From positions 339,526 to 403,525 of the forward strand of contig JBMNLI010000017.1 of NCBI GenBank assembly GCA_050952645.1: a stretch of DNA of 64,000 nt. Reading direction: 5' to 3'. The position numbers and the translations under genes are program-made. The DNA is from Bdellovibrionota bacterium. Lineage in GTDB: Bacteria > Bdellovibrionota_C > UBA2361 > CAKMMH01. Below the pieces are notes generated by a model. It saw only the letters and a list, made by a program, of their open reading frames with translations. It was not told the DNA's origin and did not search any database. This document shows positions 52,823 through 63,373 of the stretch, in pieces. Each line of letters begins with the position of its first letter. The stretch's first letter is position 1.

Positions 52823-54052
52823 ATGATAATAAATAAAGCGTTTGCTCTATACGTTCATTTGCCATTCTGTTTATCAAAATGCAAGTATTGCGATTTTTAT
52901 TCAGTAGTTTCAAGTAGCATTCCTAAAAAAGAATATTTTGATGCTTTAGAAAAAGAAGCCTCGTTTCAAAGTAAGCAAGATACTTGGAAAGATAGAAGCA
53001 TTCAAAGTATTTATTTTGGAGGAGGAACTCCATCTTTAATTGAGCCAAGTTTTTATAAAAAATTTTTAGATGTTTTAAAGGATAATTTTAATTTAGAAAA
53101 AGATATTGAAATTACTTTAGAAGCTAATCCAAAAACGTTAAGTAAGGAGAGTCTTTTAGGGTATCTTTCGCTTAATGTAAATAGAATAAGTTTAGGCGTT
53201 CAAAGTTTCAATGATAAGATTTTAAAATTTTTAGGAAGAACGCACACTGCAAAAGATGCGGTAGAAAGCGTAAATACTATTAAAGAGGCAGGGTTTAAAA
53301 ATATAAATTTAGATCTGATTTATGGCGTGCCTTTTGAAACGCTCGTAGATGTTCAAAATAATTTAAAAGAAATAATAAAACTAGATGTCCCACATATCTC
53401 ATTTTACTCGCTTATAATAGAGCCTAAAACGGCTTTTGGTAAAATGAAAGAGAAAAAAGAAATTTTTGAGTGCGATGATGAAACGTTTTTAAAAATGGAT
53501 AAAGAGATTTGTGATGTTTTAGAAAACGATAATTTTTGCCGATATGAGATAAGTGGCTATGCAAAAAATAAAAGCATGTGTAAACACAATTTAGCATATT
53601 GGAATAGCGATGATTTTTTAGGGCTAGGTGCAAATGCTTATAGTGGTTTTACAAAATATGAAAAAGATAAATGCAGAAAAGATAAATGCAGAAAAGATGA
53701 ATGCAAAAAAGATAAAGTGGCAGGAAGCGTTAGGTGCGCTAATTTAAGGTCTTTTTCTAAGTATATCGATTTTGTAAAGAATAATAATTTTAAAGAACTA
53801 GTTTCTTTTTATGAAGAGAACGATTTAAAAACTACGAAATTTGAATATATTATGATGGGACTTAGAAAAGTAGATACTGGAATATCTTTTAAAGATTTTT
53901 TTGAAAAGTTTGGCGTCGATTTTAAGGAAACTTATCAAAAAGTTTTATTAAACTTAGAAAAAGAAAATTTAATAGATATCTCATCTAATGGTATCAAAAT
54001 AAAAAAAGATAAAATATTAATCTCAAATTCTATAATAGAGGAATTCTTATGA
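52823..54052 (+). CDS. hemW: Radical SAM heme chaperone HemW
   Basis: YVHLPFCLSKCKYCDF, GGGTPS and HNLAYW. Confidence 0.9.
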   Translation: MIINKAFALYVHLPFCLSKCKYCDFYSVVSSSIPKKEYFDALEKEASFQSKQDTWKDRSIQSIYFGGGTPSLIEPSFYKKFLDVLKDNFNLEKDIEITLEANPKTLSKESLLGYLSLNVNRISLGVQSFNDKILKFLGRTHTAKDAVESVNTIKEAGFKNINLDLIYGVPFETLVDVQNNLKEIIKLDVPHISFYSLIIEPKTAFGKMKEKKEIFECDDETFLKMDKEICDVLENDNFCRYEISGYAKNKSMCKHNLAYWNSDDFLGLGANAYSGFTKYEKDKCRKDKCRKDECKKDKVAGSVRCANLRSFSKYIDFVKNNNFKELVSFYEENDLKTTKFEYIMMGLRKVDTGISFKDFFEKFGVDFKETYQKVLLNLEKENLIDISSNGIKIKKDKILISNSIIEEFL

Positions 54053-55856
54053 AAAAGCTTTTTATATCTATATCCTTTCTTTTTAGGTCTTTAGCTATGC
54101 CTTTAGTTAGGCCTCGAGCTATGCCTTTAGTTAGGCCTTTAGTAGTTTTGCTAATAGGGGCTTTCTTTGCAGTAGCTTTACCGATAACTGCGTCGGCTGA
54201 ATATTATGAGATAGATAATTTAAGCGTCGCGATAGATGTAAAGAAAGATGGTTCTATAGATGTAGAAGAAAGGTTTGATATTAGGTTTACATCTCCAAGG
54301 CACGGTATTTTTAGGTTTATTCCGCTAAAGGTAAAAGATGATAATGGCAAAACTTTATCTCTTAGTATTTATAATATTGACGTTAAAAGAAATGGAGAAA
54401 AGACGCGTTTCATTACTAGTTATGAAGATGGAAATATATTTATAAAAATAGGGCATCGTCAAAAATACGTAAATGGCAAGCAAACATACACTATAAAATA
54501 TAGTGCTTCTTGTGCATTTAAGTTTGCTAAAGAAAAAGATATATTTATGTGGAATATTACAGGGAATAATCACCCTGTAAATATTTATAACACAAGTTTT
54601 TTTATAAGATTTCCTAAAGATGTTTTTATAAACGATCCTAACACGAATAATCCTAGAATTTTTGTAGGCCAATAGGGAGCCAAGATAGGTATGAAAGTTT
54701 TTATGTTACTAATAATGAGTTAATGTTTTTATATCCTAATACTCTTTTGCCTCATACTGGTATATCGATATTTATAGATTTTGATAAGGGGATATTTAAA
54801 GAAAAAACATTACCAGAAAAACTTTTAAGTTTCATTAAACGTTTTTCAGGCGAGCTTACTTTATTATTTAGTTTTATTTTTGTTCTATTATTAGTTTGGT
54901 ATATATACGGAAAAGATGATTACGTTCCAGTGGCCGTAAGGTATTATCCGCCAGACAATATGAGTCCGGTAATGTTTAGGTATATATTAAGCGATTATTT
55001 AAATAGCTTCGGAGCCTCTTCGATAATTTTTTATTGGGCCTCTAAAGGGTATCTTAAAATTTCCCAAGATAAAAATAACGATGAAATATATTTAATTAAA
55101 TTAAGAGATATAGATAAGGATAAAGAAAAAGATTATGAACAAAAAGTTTTTAATGCCCTATTTAAAAATAGCGATAAAGTAGGACTAAAAGAGCTTCAAA
55201 GTTTATATGCAGGTAGCTTATCCGCAGATAGAGAAGGATTAAATTTAGGAAATGGTTATGGAGATTTTCGGACTGAATTTAGAAAGCTATATTCTTACGT
55301 GTTAGACGATGCTAAAAAAATGGGTGTTTATACAGAAAGCTCTAAAAATTTAATGTTAAAAGTGATGTTATTATCTGTCTTTGTTTGTCTACCTATTTTC
55401 GTCCTTATAATGTTAAAAATAATAGGATTAAGTTATTTTCTTGTAATATTAGTTATCATGGTTTTCTCTAGTTTGTTTAGTATTTATATGTATAAAAAAA
55501 CTCCTTATGGAAATAGGCTATACGCACAGGCAAAAGGCTTTGAAGAGTTCTTAAAAAAAGTAGAAAATCCTCAAATAGAGACTTTAATGCGTGATGAGAT
55601 TGATTATTGTAATAAAATTTTACCTTATGCTATCGCAATAGGTATAGAAAATAAATTTATAAAAAAGATGCAAAGTTTGTTAGTTGCTCTTCCTAGCTGT
55701 TATGAGGGCGTAGATGGTTATAAGTCTTTCAATAAAGTCGTAAAAACTAGTGTTCGTAGTTTTAGTTATAGCTATTCTAGCCCATCAAATGGCGGAAGCT
55801 CTGGGGGTGGAAGCTCTGGAGGAGGTTGCGGTGGAGGAGGAAGTGGAAGTTGGTAG
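54049..55856 (+). CDS. DUF2207 membrane protein, split by a 1-nt deletion near 54674
   Basis: HGIFRFIP and WNITGN in the N-terminal half; LPYAIAIG and a Gly/Ser-rich GGGGSGSW end; the halves join as FVGQ(Y)GSQDRY. Confidence 0.85.
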
Positions 55857-55869
55857 GAAGTAAAAAAAA

Positions 55870-55899
55870 TAGCGAGACTTAAAAAGTCTCGCTTATTTT
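55870..55899. terminator. Terminator after the secA-hemW-DUF2207 operon
   Basis: AGCGAGACT/AGTCTCGCT stem flanked by A and T runs. Confidence 0.7.
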
Positions 55900-56087
55900 G
55901 TGCGCTTTTGTGTAGCTAAAGAAACACTGATTAACAGCATAATTCTAAGAGTTTTTTTTAAACATCTTGAAAAAATTAGCTTTTTATATCTGTTTTTAGA
56001 AATTTTAGACATTAATCAGTGTCTCCCTAAAGCGTTAGCGTTTCTAGTTTTGCAATTCACAGGAAAGTTTAGAACTTTCCGTTTTTA

Positions 56088-56310
56088 GGCTCTTCACGTT
56101 TTGAGTGGGTTAAAGACCTTAAAATTAGTATCACTCACCTCGACGAAGCCCAAAAGAAAATTGGCTTTAAAGAAATTTGCATAAAATAAATTATTTTAAA
56201 TATAGTTGTAATTTTTCTTTAAACTATAGATAGTTTTCTATAAAAGCCAATTTTCTTTTAAGCCAACCCCCAAAAACAATTTTTCTAACCCACCTAAAAC
56301 GTGAAGAACC
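56088..56310. mobile_element. MITE (223 bp) with ~24-bp TIRs and an 8-bp target-site duplication CGTTTTTA
   Basis: GGCTCTTCACGTTTTGAGTGGGTT / AACCCACCTAAAACGTGAAGAACC; CGTTTTTA at 56080-56087 and 56311-56318; internal IR AAGAAAATTGGCTTT. Confidence 0.85.
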
Positions 56311-56423
56311 CGTTTTTAGCAAAAGCATAAGAGCTATAGCAGAGAACACAAGTCGCTTGCAAAAAAATGTAGCGACTAATATAAAACCATGCAGACGGTC
56401 ATCTTGCGTTATCTTCTTTTTAA

Positions 56424-56720
56424 TTAGTAGTTCATATTAAAATAGAAAAAATCTAACAAGAAGATGACGAGAACGACGGCAAGTAAGATAAAAAGGCTAA
56501 TGCTGATAAGTCGATATCCTTTCTTAGGCTCTTCGTATGCAAGCCCTCTATCTTTAGGGTCTCCTTTAGGATCACTAGGTGTGCGTCCAACTAAAGGAGT
56601 CTTTCCCTTATCCTCTCTATTGTAATAATAACCTGCTCGCTTTTTCTCATTTATTATTAGAGAGATAAAAATAATGAGAATTAGCAAGCCATACGTGAAC
56701 ATTCGTAAAACAATTTCCAT
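56424..56720 (-). CDS. Small two-TM hypothetical protein
   Basis: SD, its own TTGAAA-N17-TATAAT promoter (~56782-56810) and a downstream hairpin. Confidence 0.65.
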   Translation of the reverse strand: MEIVLRMFTYGLLILIIFISLIINEKKRAGYYYNREDKGKTPLVGRTPSDPKGDPKDRGLAYEEPKKGYRLISISLFILLAVVLVIFLLDFFYFNMNY

Positions 56721-57042
56721 TAGCTTCCCCTTTTCTACTTGGATTTGTTTGTGAAATATTTATGTTCTAACGACTATGGTCATTATAATATAATTAAGTG
56801 CTAATTTCAAATTGTTATAGGTAGGTTTTTAAAAGTCCCCTGCATTTAGCAAAATAAAAAAATGCTTTTGCTTGCGTAAAGCGTAGAGTGTCTAACTGTT
56901 GTAATGCAGAGTTGTAAGGCAGAGTTTACCACTTTAAGAAAATAAAAAAAAGTAGCGACGCTAAGAAAGCTTCGCTACTTATATGTGTTGTGTCCTTATC
57001 GGATCGGGGGGGGCGTATTTTTAGGGGGGGGTATTTTTTTAA

Positions 57043-57243
57043 TTAGAGGAAATCTCTTCCACAATTAAATGCAAAATTCCAAATAAACCCAATAAATACG
57101 ATGACCATAAATACGAAAAGAAAAATTCTCGTCGTGGTCAGCCCAATTCCCTTAGCTTTTTCACGTTTGTAAAAGTAAAGAAGCGTAAAAAAAACCAAGA
57201 TATAGGAAAGCGGCAGTAAAAAATGCCATAAAGCTTGTTCCAT
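57043..57243 (-). CDS. Small two-TM hypothetical protein
   Basis: SD AAGGGA; TM-basic loop-TM; downstream hairpin at 56950-56980. Confidence 0.6.
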   Translation of the reverse strand: MEQALWHFLLPLSYILVFFTLLYFYKREKAKGIGLTTTRIFLFVFMVIVFIGFIWNFAFNCGRDFL

Positions 57244-57307
57244 ATATACGTTCCCTTTTTCTGCTATCTTTTAGTTTAGTAAAAGATAAAAACCTTTGCT
57301 TGCTCTT

Positions 57308-57487
57308 TTAGAGAAATTTAAAGTAAATGGTCCAAAAAACCAAGTTTAAAAAGACCACTCTAATGATTAAAATTCTCCTCTGCTCACTAGTTTCTTTCTT
57401 GTCAAAAATAATATGATAACAAGTAAGTAAACCAATGATAAAAATAGCTTGCCAATTACAAGCGAAATATTCCCAAAAATCCTGCAT
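57308..57487 (-). CDS. Small two-TM hypothetical protein (59 aa, not in the track)
   Basis: AAGGAA SD; MQDFWEYFACNWQAIFIIGLLTCYHIIFDKKETSEQRRILIIRVVFLNLVFWTIYFKFL. Confidence 0.5.
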   Translation of the reverse strand: MQDFWEYFACNWQAIFIIGLLTCYHIIFDKKETSEQRRILIIRVVFLNLVFWTIYFKFL

Positions 57488-57705
57488 TTTTATTTTCCTT
57501 TCTAGTTCATTAGGATTTTTTAAGTGATGTATTTTTAGGAAGTGTATTACTATATAAGTATTACCATATAAGTATTACCATATAAAAGTACTATCTGCAT
57601 ATTATCAGACATTGCTCCTAACTAATCAAAAAACTTTTAGGATATTCTAGATTAAATTTAAAAAATCACTAGCAAAATTCTTAATATAATTGCATACTTA
57701 ATTGT

Positions 57706-59022
57706 ATGCAAAATATAAAAATGATAGCCATTTCAGATATTCATTTCGGAGCTGTGCCGTCTGTAGCACTAAGCGACCCGACTAGTAAACAAAATATTTT
57801 TGAAAAATATTCTTTAAAACAATCTTCTCTTCAAATGTTAGCGATGCATAATCTTGCGAACTATATTTTAGATAATGATGTCGATGCCGTTTTAATAGCA
57901 GGAGATATTGCAGATACAGATAGCGCTTATTTTGAAACTTATTTTAGTTTAGAACGCTTTTTAGAAACTATACAAAAAAATAATGTAATGGTTTTCGTAG
58001 TAAGTGGGAATCATGATGCAAGTGTAATAAAAAAATTATCGCTTAAAGAAGATAATTTTAAACTTTTAGGAGAAAACGGCGAGTGGGTACACGAGATTTT
58101 CGATTTAAGAGATGGTAAAAAAATTTTTCTATCCGCTCGCTCTTTTACAAAAAAACACCAAGAAGAGTCGCATCTTTCTAGCTATGAGCTTAAAAGTAGA
58201 CCTAGCACGCTTCCTAATGATATCCCTTTTGTTGGGTTGATGCATTGTGAAATAGGGGCCCCCGGGAGCCAATACGCTCCGACAGGATTAGATGAGTTCG
58301 ATAAAACTTTCGAGGATATTTGGATTTGTGGTCATACCCATATTCCAAGATACTACGAGGAAAATAAAAAAATAATAGTCCCTGGGTCGCTTCAAGGTCT
58401 AGACCCGTCTGAACAAGGCATTCGTGGTGGCTTCTTAATTGAATGCTCGGGAAATTATATAAAAAATGTTGAAAAAATTCCTTTAGCTTTCGTTTATTAC
58501 GATAATATTTCTGTAAAAATTGAAAAAGTGTCCGATTTTGAAGAAGAGATTAGAAAACGATTGCAAGAAATAAATGCTAAATATAAAGAAGAAGTTTCGT
58601 TTAATTATGTGCTAAGTTTAAGAGCAGAAATAAACGTTCCTTTTAGATTGCTAAAAGAGTTTCAAAAACGTATAGATGATATGCCAGATAAGAATCCTAT
58701 AATTTTCGGAAACGTAATCGTTGAGAAAATAAGTCTTAGAAGCGATTGCTTTCTGGATTTAGAAACACTTTCAAAAAGAAAAGACCCACTAGGTATTTTA
58801 GCAAATTATTTAACGGTGCTACAAACTAAAGCCCCGAAAGATGAATATGATGAACACATTCAAAAGGCTTCAAAAACTATTTTTCAAAATTTAAATCAAA
58901 GTAGTTTCGCACTTTTAAATTGCTTAAGCGATGACGAAGAAAAAATAAGAGAAAGCCTTTTAAGAAGTGGTGAGATTTTATTATCAAAGTTTATAGAGGA
59001 GCTAGGGTTGTATAATGATTAA
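57706..59022 (+). CDS. Mre11/SbcD-like (YhaO-type) DNA repair nuclease
   Basis: SDIHFG, IAGD, SGNHD, GHTH and PGSLQG metallophosphoesterase motifs. Confidence 0.9.
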   Translation: MQNIKMIAISDIHFGAVPSVALSDPTSKQNIFEKYSLKQSSLQMLAMHNLANYILDNDVDAVLIAGDIADTDSAYFETYFSLERFLETIQKNNVMVFVVSGNHDASVIKKLSLKEDNFKLLGENGEWVHEIFDLRDGKKIFLSARSFTKKHQEESHLSSYELKSRPSTLPNDIPFVGLMHCEIGAPGSQYAPTGLDEFDKTFEDIWICGHTHIPRYYEENKKIIVPGSLQGLDPSEQGIRGGFLIECSGNYIKNVEKIPLAFVYYDNISVKIEKVSDFEEEIRKRLQEINAKYKEEVSFNYVLSLRAEINVPFRLLKEFQKRIDDMPDKNPIIFGNVIVEKISLRSDCFLDLETLSKRKDPLGILANYLTVLQTKAPKDEYDEHIQKASKTIFQNLNQSSFALLNCLSDDEEKIRESLLRSGEILLSKFIEELGLYND

Positions 59023-62000
59023 ATCACTAAATATAGAGCGATTTAGAGGCTTTTCAAATGGAGGCCCGAAAGTAAAAGATTTAGAAAGCGGCGTAAATAT
59101 TATTTACGGTGAAAATGGTGCAGGTAAAACCACTATTTGTAAAGCTATAAAAGCTTTACTATGGCCGGCAAATTTTAAAGATTTTTCAGCAAAAGTTTAT
59201 AGCGTTTGGAAAAATAAAGATAATGAAGAGGTTTTTTGTGCCTTGCAAGATGCTACCGCCTTATGGGAATCTTCTAATGCATCGAAAAGTAGTAATATAC
59301 TAATTCCTAATGAGTTTTCTTCATGCTTTGTAATATCGACGGATACTTTTGATTTTGCTAACGATGATACTGATAAAAGCATTTCAGATTTAATATCTAA
59401 AGAATTATCTGGCGGAATAAATTTTCAAAACATAAGAGCTTCTAAAGAACTAGAATTTAAACCTAGGGTTTTTAAAAAATTAAGTAATGAACTAGAAGAA
59501 GCGAAAAGAAAAGGAAAACAAGTAGAGCAAATTATACTTGGATTAAAAAATGAAAAAGATAGTCTTCCAGCTATAAGAGCAAAAATAGCCATAGAGCAGA
59601 AATTGCAAAAACAGTCTGAAACGATTTTGAGTTTAATAAGAAAGGCACAATTAGAAAAACTTATTTCAGATTATAATGAGGAGATAGCGAACTTAAACCA
59701 AGGCGCACTTTCTATGAAAGATAGTGATATAGATAATATAGAGCTATACGAAAAAAGAACAAAAACTATTGCAGATGATATAAATTTAAAAGAAGTAGAG
59801 TTAGAAAAATTAAGATCGCAAAAAGCTACTCTAGAAGAAGAGAAAATATTAACTAAAGAAGAGTTAGAAGATTTTGAAGTAATTAAAATAGAGCTAGAAA
59901 AAACACAAAACTCATTAGATAAGATTAAAGAATATGAAAAAAATATAAAGACTAAAAAAGATGAGTTAGTAAAATCATTATCTAGCCAAGAGATATATTA
60001 TAAGATTCGTGCCTATAATAAGCATAGAATTGAAAAACTAGCGCAGTTTTTAGAAGCTTATAAAGGATTAAATAGTAAAAAAGAAGACTTAGAAAAGTTT
60101 TTAGATTTTATGTCTACGGATAATGAGGAAATATTAAATAGACTTAGAAAAGATTCCTCTATTATCGAAGAATTACACAGTTATCACGTTAAATCAAATA
60201 TCGCTTTAGCTAGTTTAATAATTTTTGTAGTGCTTATAGTTTTAAGTTTTATTTACTACCCGACTGGGAGATTAGTAGCAATAATTTTAGGGCTACTTTC
60301 AATTGGAGTTTTTGCTTTCTTTAAATATAAAGCTTCACAAAAAGAAAATGAGTTCGATAATAGCGAGTATAAAGTAAATTTAAAAAGCAAAAGGGAAGTA
60401 AAAGAGTTATTACAAGATTTAAGAGATAGAAGAAGTAGTTCACTTCAAAGAAAAGTTTCTAATAAAGATAATTATTACGAAACACAACAAAAAATTAGTG
60501 AAATAGATGAGAAAATCTCTAAACTAAAAGCTTCTAATGCGGCATATTTTGATACTTCATTAGAGGCAATAGCAAACGTTCCATCGATTATAAATATATG
60601 GAATGCGATAAAATTAAATGATGATGAGCTATCAGCTTTACGAGAGGAAGTTAGAGAGATAAATGCAAAACTTCAAGAATATATAGAAAAAATAAAAGTA
60701 TTTTTTAATGATGATTTTGAAAATAATATAGTATTTATAAATCGTAAACTTTCTAAAGAAAGAAATAAAAGAGATGAGTATAATTTACTTTTAAAATCTA
60801 TAGAGACGGTTGAAAAAGAAATAGCGACGCATAAAAAGAATCAATCGCAATACAAGAGTGATATAGATGATATTTGTTCAAGGGTAGGTATTACTAAAGA
60901 GAATAAAAATGATATATACATAATTTTTGAAGATAGAAAAACTTATTTAAAGTTAAAAGAAAACTTAGCGATTTCTAGTCACGAGTTAAAAAATATAGAA
61001 TCAAAGCTAGTAGGAAATGTCGAGTTTCAAGATATGTCGCTTATGGAGCTAGAGGCAAAACGTGAAGAAATAGGAGAGGAGTTAAGCGCATTATCTGGGA
61101 TAGATAAAAAAGAGGTGGAAATTTTAACGAGAATAGATACTTTTAATAAGAGCAACGTGTTTTTAAGTGCAAAACAAGAAGAAAAAGAAAAGGAAGAGAA
61201 CCTTAAAGATTTTATAGATAAGTCGCTAGTAAATATTGCAGGTGGTTATATCTTAGATTTTGTAGAAAGTGAATATAAGAGAGAGAAAGAACCTGAGATT
61301 TTAATGGAAGCAAATAGGCTTTTTTCACTTTTTACAAATGGAAAATACTCATTAAAATTTAAGGAAGATAAGGATTTTAGTTTTTTTGCTCTAGATGAAG
61401 AAAATTCAAAATTATTAAATTTAAGTGAACTTTCCACAGGAACGAAAGCACAGCTCGTTTTAGCTTTAAGATGTAGCTACGTTTTGTCTTTTTCTAAAGA
61501 TAAGAGCATCCCTCTTTTAATAGATGAAGTGCTTGCTACGACGGATGATGTGCGCTTTGAGGCAATTATGAGTTCTTTTTTCAAGTTAGCAAAAGATGGA
61601 TATCAAATAATCTATTTAACATCACAAAAAAGCGTTATTGCGCAAATAAATTATTTAGCAAAGAAGGAGAATATTCGGGTTGCGATTAAGGAGATATCTT
61701 ATCTTGATAAAGATTTAAGTAAGATAGATTATGGAGTAGCTAATGTAAAAAAGATACCTAATTTAAGAAATGTAAATATAAATGAAAGGTTGAAGCTTTT
61801 AAATGTGCCACCTATTTTACTTCCCATAAATGTTTATAATTTACATATAGCATATCTTGAAGAGAATGTAGATATTGTAGAGAGACTTTTAAATTTAAAC
61901 ATTACGTCTTTTGGGCAACTTAAAAATCTTTATGAAAAAGTTAGAGAGAAGGATAGCATAATTTCTAAAGAAGCTATGGATAAAATTAATGCTAAAGTTA

Positions 62001-62383
62001 AAGCGTTAGAGATATATTCTAATCTTTGGTCGATAGGTAGGGGGAGTAAATTTTCTAAAGAGCTATTAGAAGAGCATGCGACTGATACGTTTAAAGCAAG
62101 GCTTTATGAGATAGCAGATAGTGTCGATTGGATGAGTTCTAAGTTTTTGTATGAGATATCTCCCGATGGGTCTGCTAAGATCCCAAGATTTAAGCAACAG
62201 TATGAAAAATTAAAGGAGGCTTTTGAAAGGGAATCTTTAATAGATGATAGGGAGATATTATCTAAAGAAAGGCTTCACACTGAGTTTATAGCAAAATGTT
62301 TAAATGCTAATTCTAATTTAGAAAAGCAGGAAGTTTTAAATATAGTAGAAAATATTATCCGCAAATTTAGTGTAAGAAGTTAA
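59015..62383 (+). CDS. Rad50/SbcC-like (YhaN-type) ATPase
   Basis: GENGAGKTT, coiled coils, central TM pair, LSTGTKAQL and LLIDE..ATTDD.R. Confidence 0.88.
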   Translation: MIKSLNIERFRGFSNGGPKVKDLESGVNIIYGENGAGKTTICKAIKALLWPANFKDFSAKVYSVWKNKDNEEVFCALQDATALWESSNASKSSNILIPNEFSSCFVISTDTFDFANDDTDKSISDLISKELSGGINFQNIRASKELEFKPRVFKKLSNELEEAKRKGKQVEQIILGLKNEKDSLPAIRAKIAIEQKLQKQSETILSLIRKAQLEKLISDYNEEIANLNQGALSMKDSDIDNIELYEKRTKTIADDINLKEVELEKLRSQKATLEEEKILTKEELEDFEVIKIELEKTQNSLDKIKEYEKNIKTKKDELVKSLSSQEIYYKIRAYNKHRIEKLAQFLEAYKGLNSKKEDLEKFLDFMSTDNEEILNRLRKDSSIIEELHSYHVKSNIALASLIIFVVLIVLSFIYYPTGRLVAIILGLLSIGVFAFFKYKASQKENEFDNSEYKVNLKSKREVKELLQDLRDRRSSSLQRKVSNKDNYYETQQKISEIDEKISKLKASNAAYFDTSLEAIANVPSIINIWNAIKLNDDELSALREEVREINAKLQEYIEKIKVFFNDDFENNIVFINRKLSKERNKRDEYNLLLKSIETVEKEIATHKKNQSQYKSDIDDICSRVGITKENKNDIYIIFEDRKTYLKLKENLAISSHELKNIESKLVGNVEFQDMSLMELEAKREEIGEELSALSGIDKKEVEILTRIDTFNKSNVFLSAKQEEKEKEENLKDFIDKSLVNIAGGYILDFVESEYKREKEPEILMEANRLFSLFTNGKYSLKFKEDKDFSFFALDEENSKLLNLSELSTGTKAQLVLALRCSYVLSFSKDKSIPLLIDEVLATTDDVRFEAIMSSFFKLAKDGYQIIYLTSQKSVIAQINYLAKKENIRVAIKEISYLDKDLSKIDYGVANVKKIPNLRNVNINERLKLLNVPPILLPINVYNLHIAYLEENVDIVERLLNLNITSFGQLKNLYEKVREKDSIISKEAMDKINAKVKALEIYSNLWSIGRGSKFSKELLEEHATDTFKARLYEIADSVDWMSSKFLYEISPDGSAKIPRFKQQYEKLKEAFERESLIDDREILSKERLHTEFIAKCLNANSNLEKQEVLNIVENIIRKFSVRS

Positions 62384-62579
62384 GCTAAAAAAATTTAGCT
62401 ATAACTTAAACTTTTTAAAAATTATTTTGACAGGTTATGAAGTTAAAATTAAATTTTATAAGTAAAATAAAGAAAAGTTTACATTTTAGAGCACTCGCCT
62501 AGCTTTTAGTGTGCCTCGCTCGCTTTGCTTTGCTTTATTTTGCTAAAAATGTAGCGAGATAGAGTTTTATATTTGTTTT

Positions 62580-63047
62580 TTATTTTATATCTGATGGCAA
62601 GCGCCAACCGCCAGTTTTAGGATTTTCATCTTCTCCGAAAAGTAGTTTTACAGATTTTTCATAATCTATAAGAGCGTCGACAAAATTTAATGTTCCACGG
62701 TCGGAATATTCGGAAACGAAGAAATTAAGAGGGCGTTTAGCAGCGTGTCCTAAAGCACGTCTTATATCTTTATCGACACGTTCTAGGTTATCACCATTTT
62801 TAATAAAAACTTGTCTAAACATCATCGCTAGTTCTTCGGCCGTGGTGTCATCATTCCAGCTCATTTTTTCTATAACTCTGTGTGCCTTAGTTCTTTTAGA
62901 TTCTCTTAAGATGATAAACCTAGCTATAAATGCCGTTCGTCTAGCACGATTAAGCATTTTCTCGTATGATTTAATAGATTCTTCATCGCTAAATTGAATA
63001 GTATTAGAAAAATCTATTTGAGTTTGATTATTAGTAATATCTTCCAT
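62580..63047 (-). CDS. Hypothetical protein
   Basis: GGAGG SD; protein-like composition; no family recognised. Confidence 0.75.
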   Translation of the reverse strand: MEDITNNQTQIDFSNTIQFSDEESIKSYEKMLNRARRTAFIARFIILRESKRTKAHRVIEKMSWNDDTTAEELAMMFRQVFIKNGDNLERVDKDIRRALGHAAKRPLNFFVSEYSDRGTLNFVDALIDYEKSVKLLFGEDENPKTGGWRLPSDIK

Positions 63048-63373
63048 TTGCGATTTCCTCCTTTAGAAATCTTAAGTCTTTTAAAACGTTTTTTTGTGGC
63101 TTTTAAAAAACTAGAGCCTTAAATTAAGCAAAGAGTGTTAGCCTTGCTTTAAAACGTAAAAAAAACTTTAGAAATTTTATACAACGCACACAGTCTTTGT
63201 ATTTTTCTTTTTATTATTATGATAGTAATGTCGGAAAGCGTTTAGAAAAAACTTAAATAGACATTTAGCTTTGCGTGATTTTACAAAGATTTAAGGTAGA
63301 TAGGGAAAGAATTTGCTTAAATTTTTGTATGCTTTTAAATCTTTCTCGTATAGTTTAAATAGAAACCCCATTT

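Noticed and set aside
54673..54675. TAG readthrough or alternative genetic code in DUF2207
   Set aside because: The downstream half is in a different frame; a 1-nt deletion explains it, and many genes end normally in TAG.
56295..56307. AACGTGAA shared between the MITE TIR and the iterons
   Set aside because: The rest of the iteron consensus (TGAnATAA) is absent, so this is likely coincidence.
2439..61437. Numerous 60-145-aa track ORFs antisense to or nested within long genes (e.g. 2439, 3339, 16477, 26937, 28260, 48606, 54355)
   Set aside because: They are shadow ORFs of confidently identified genes.
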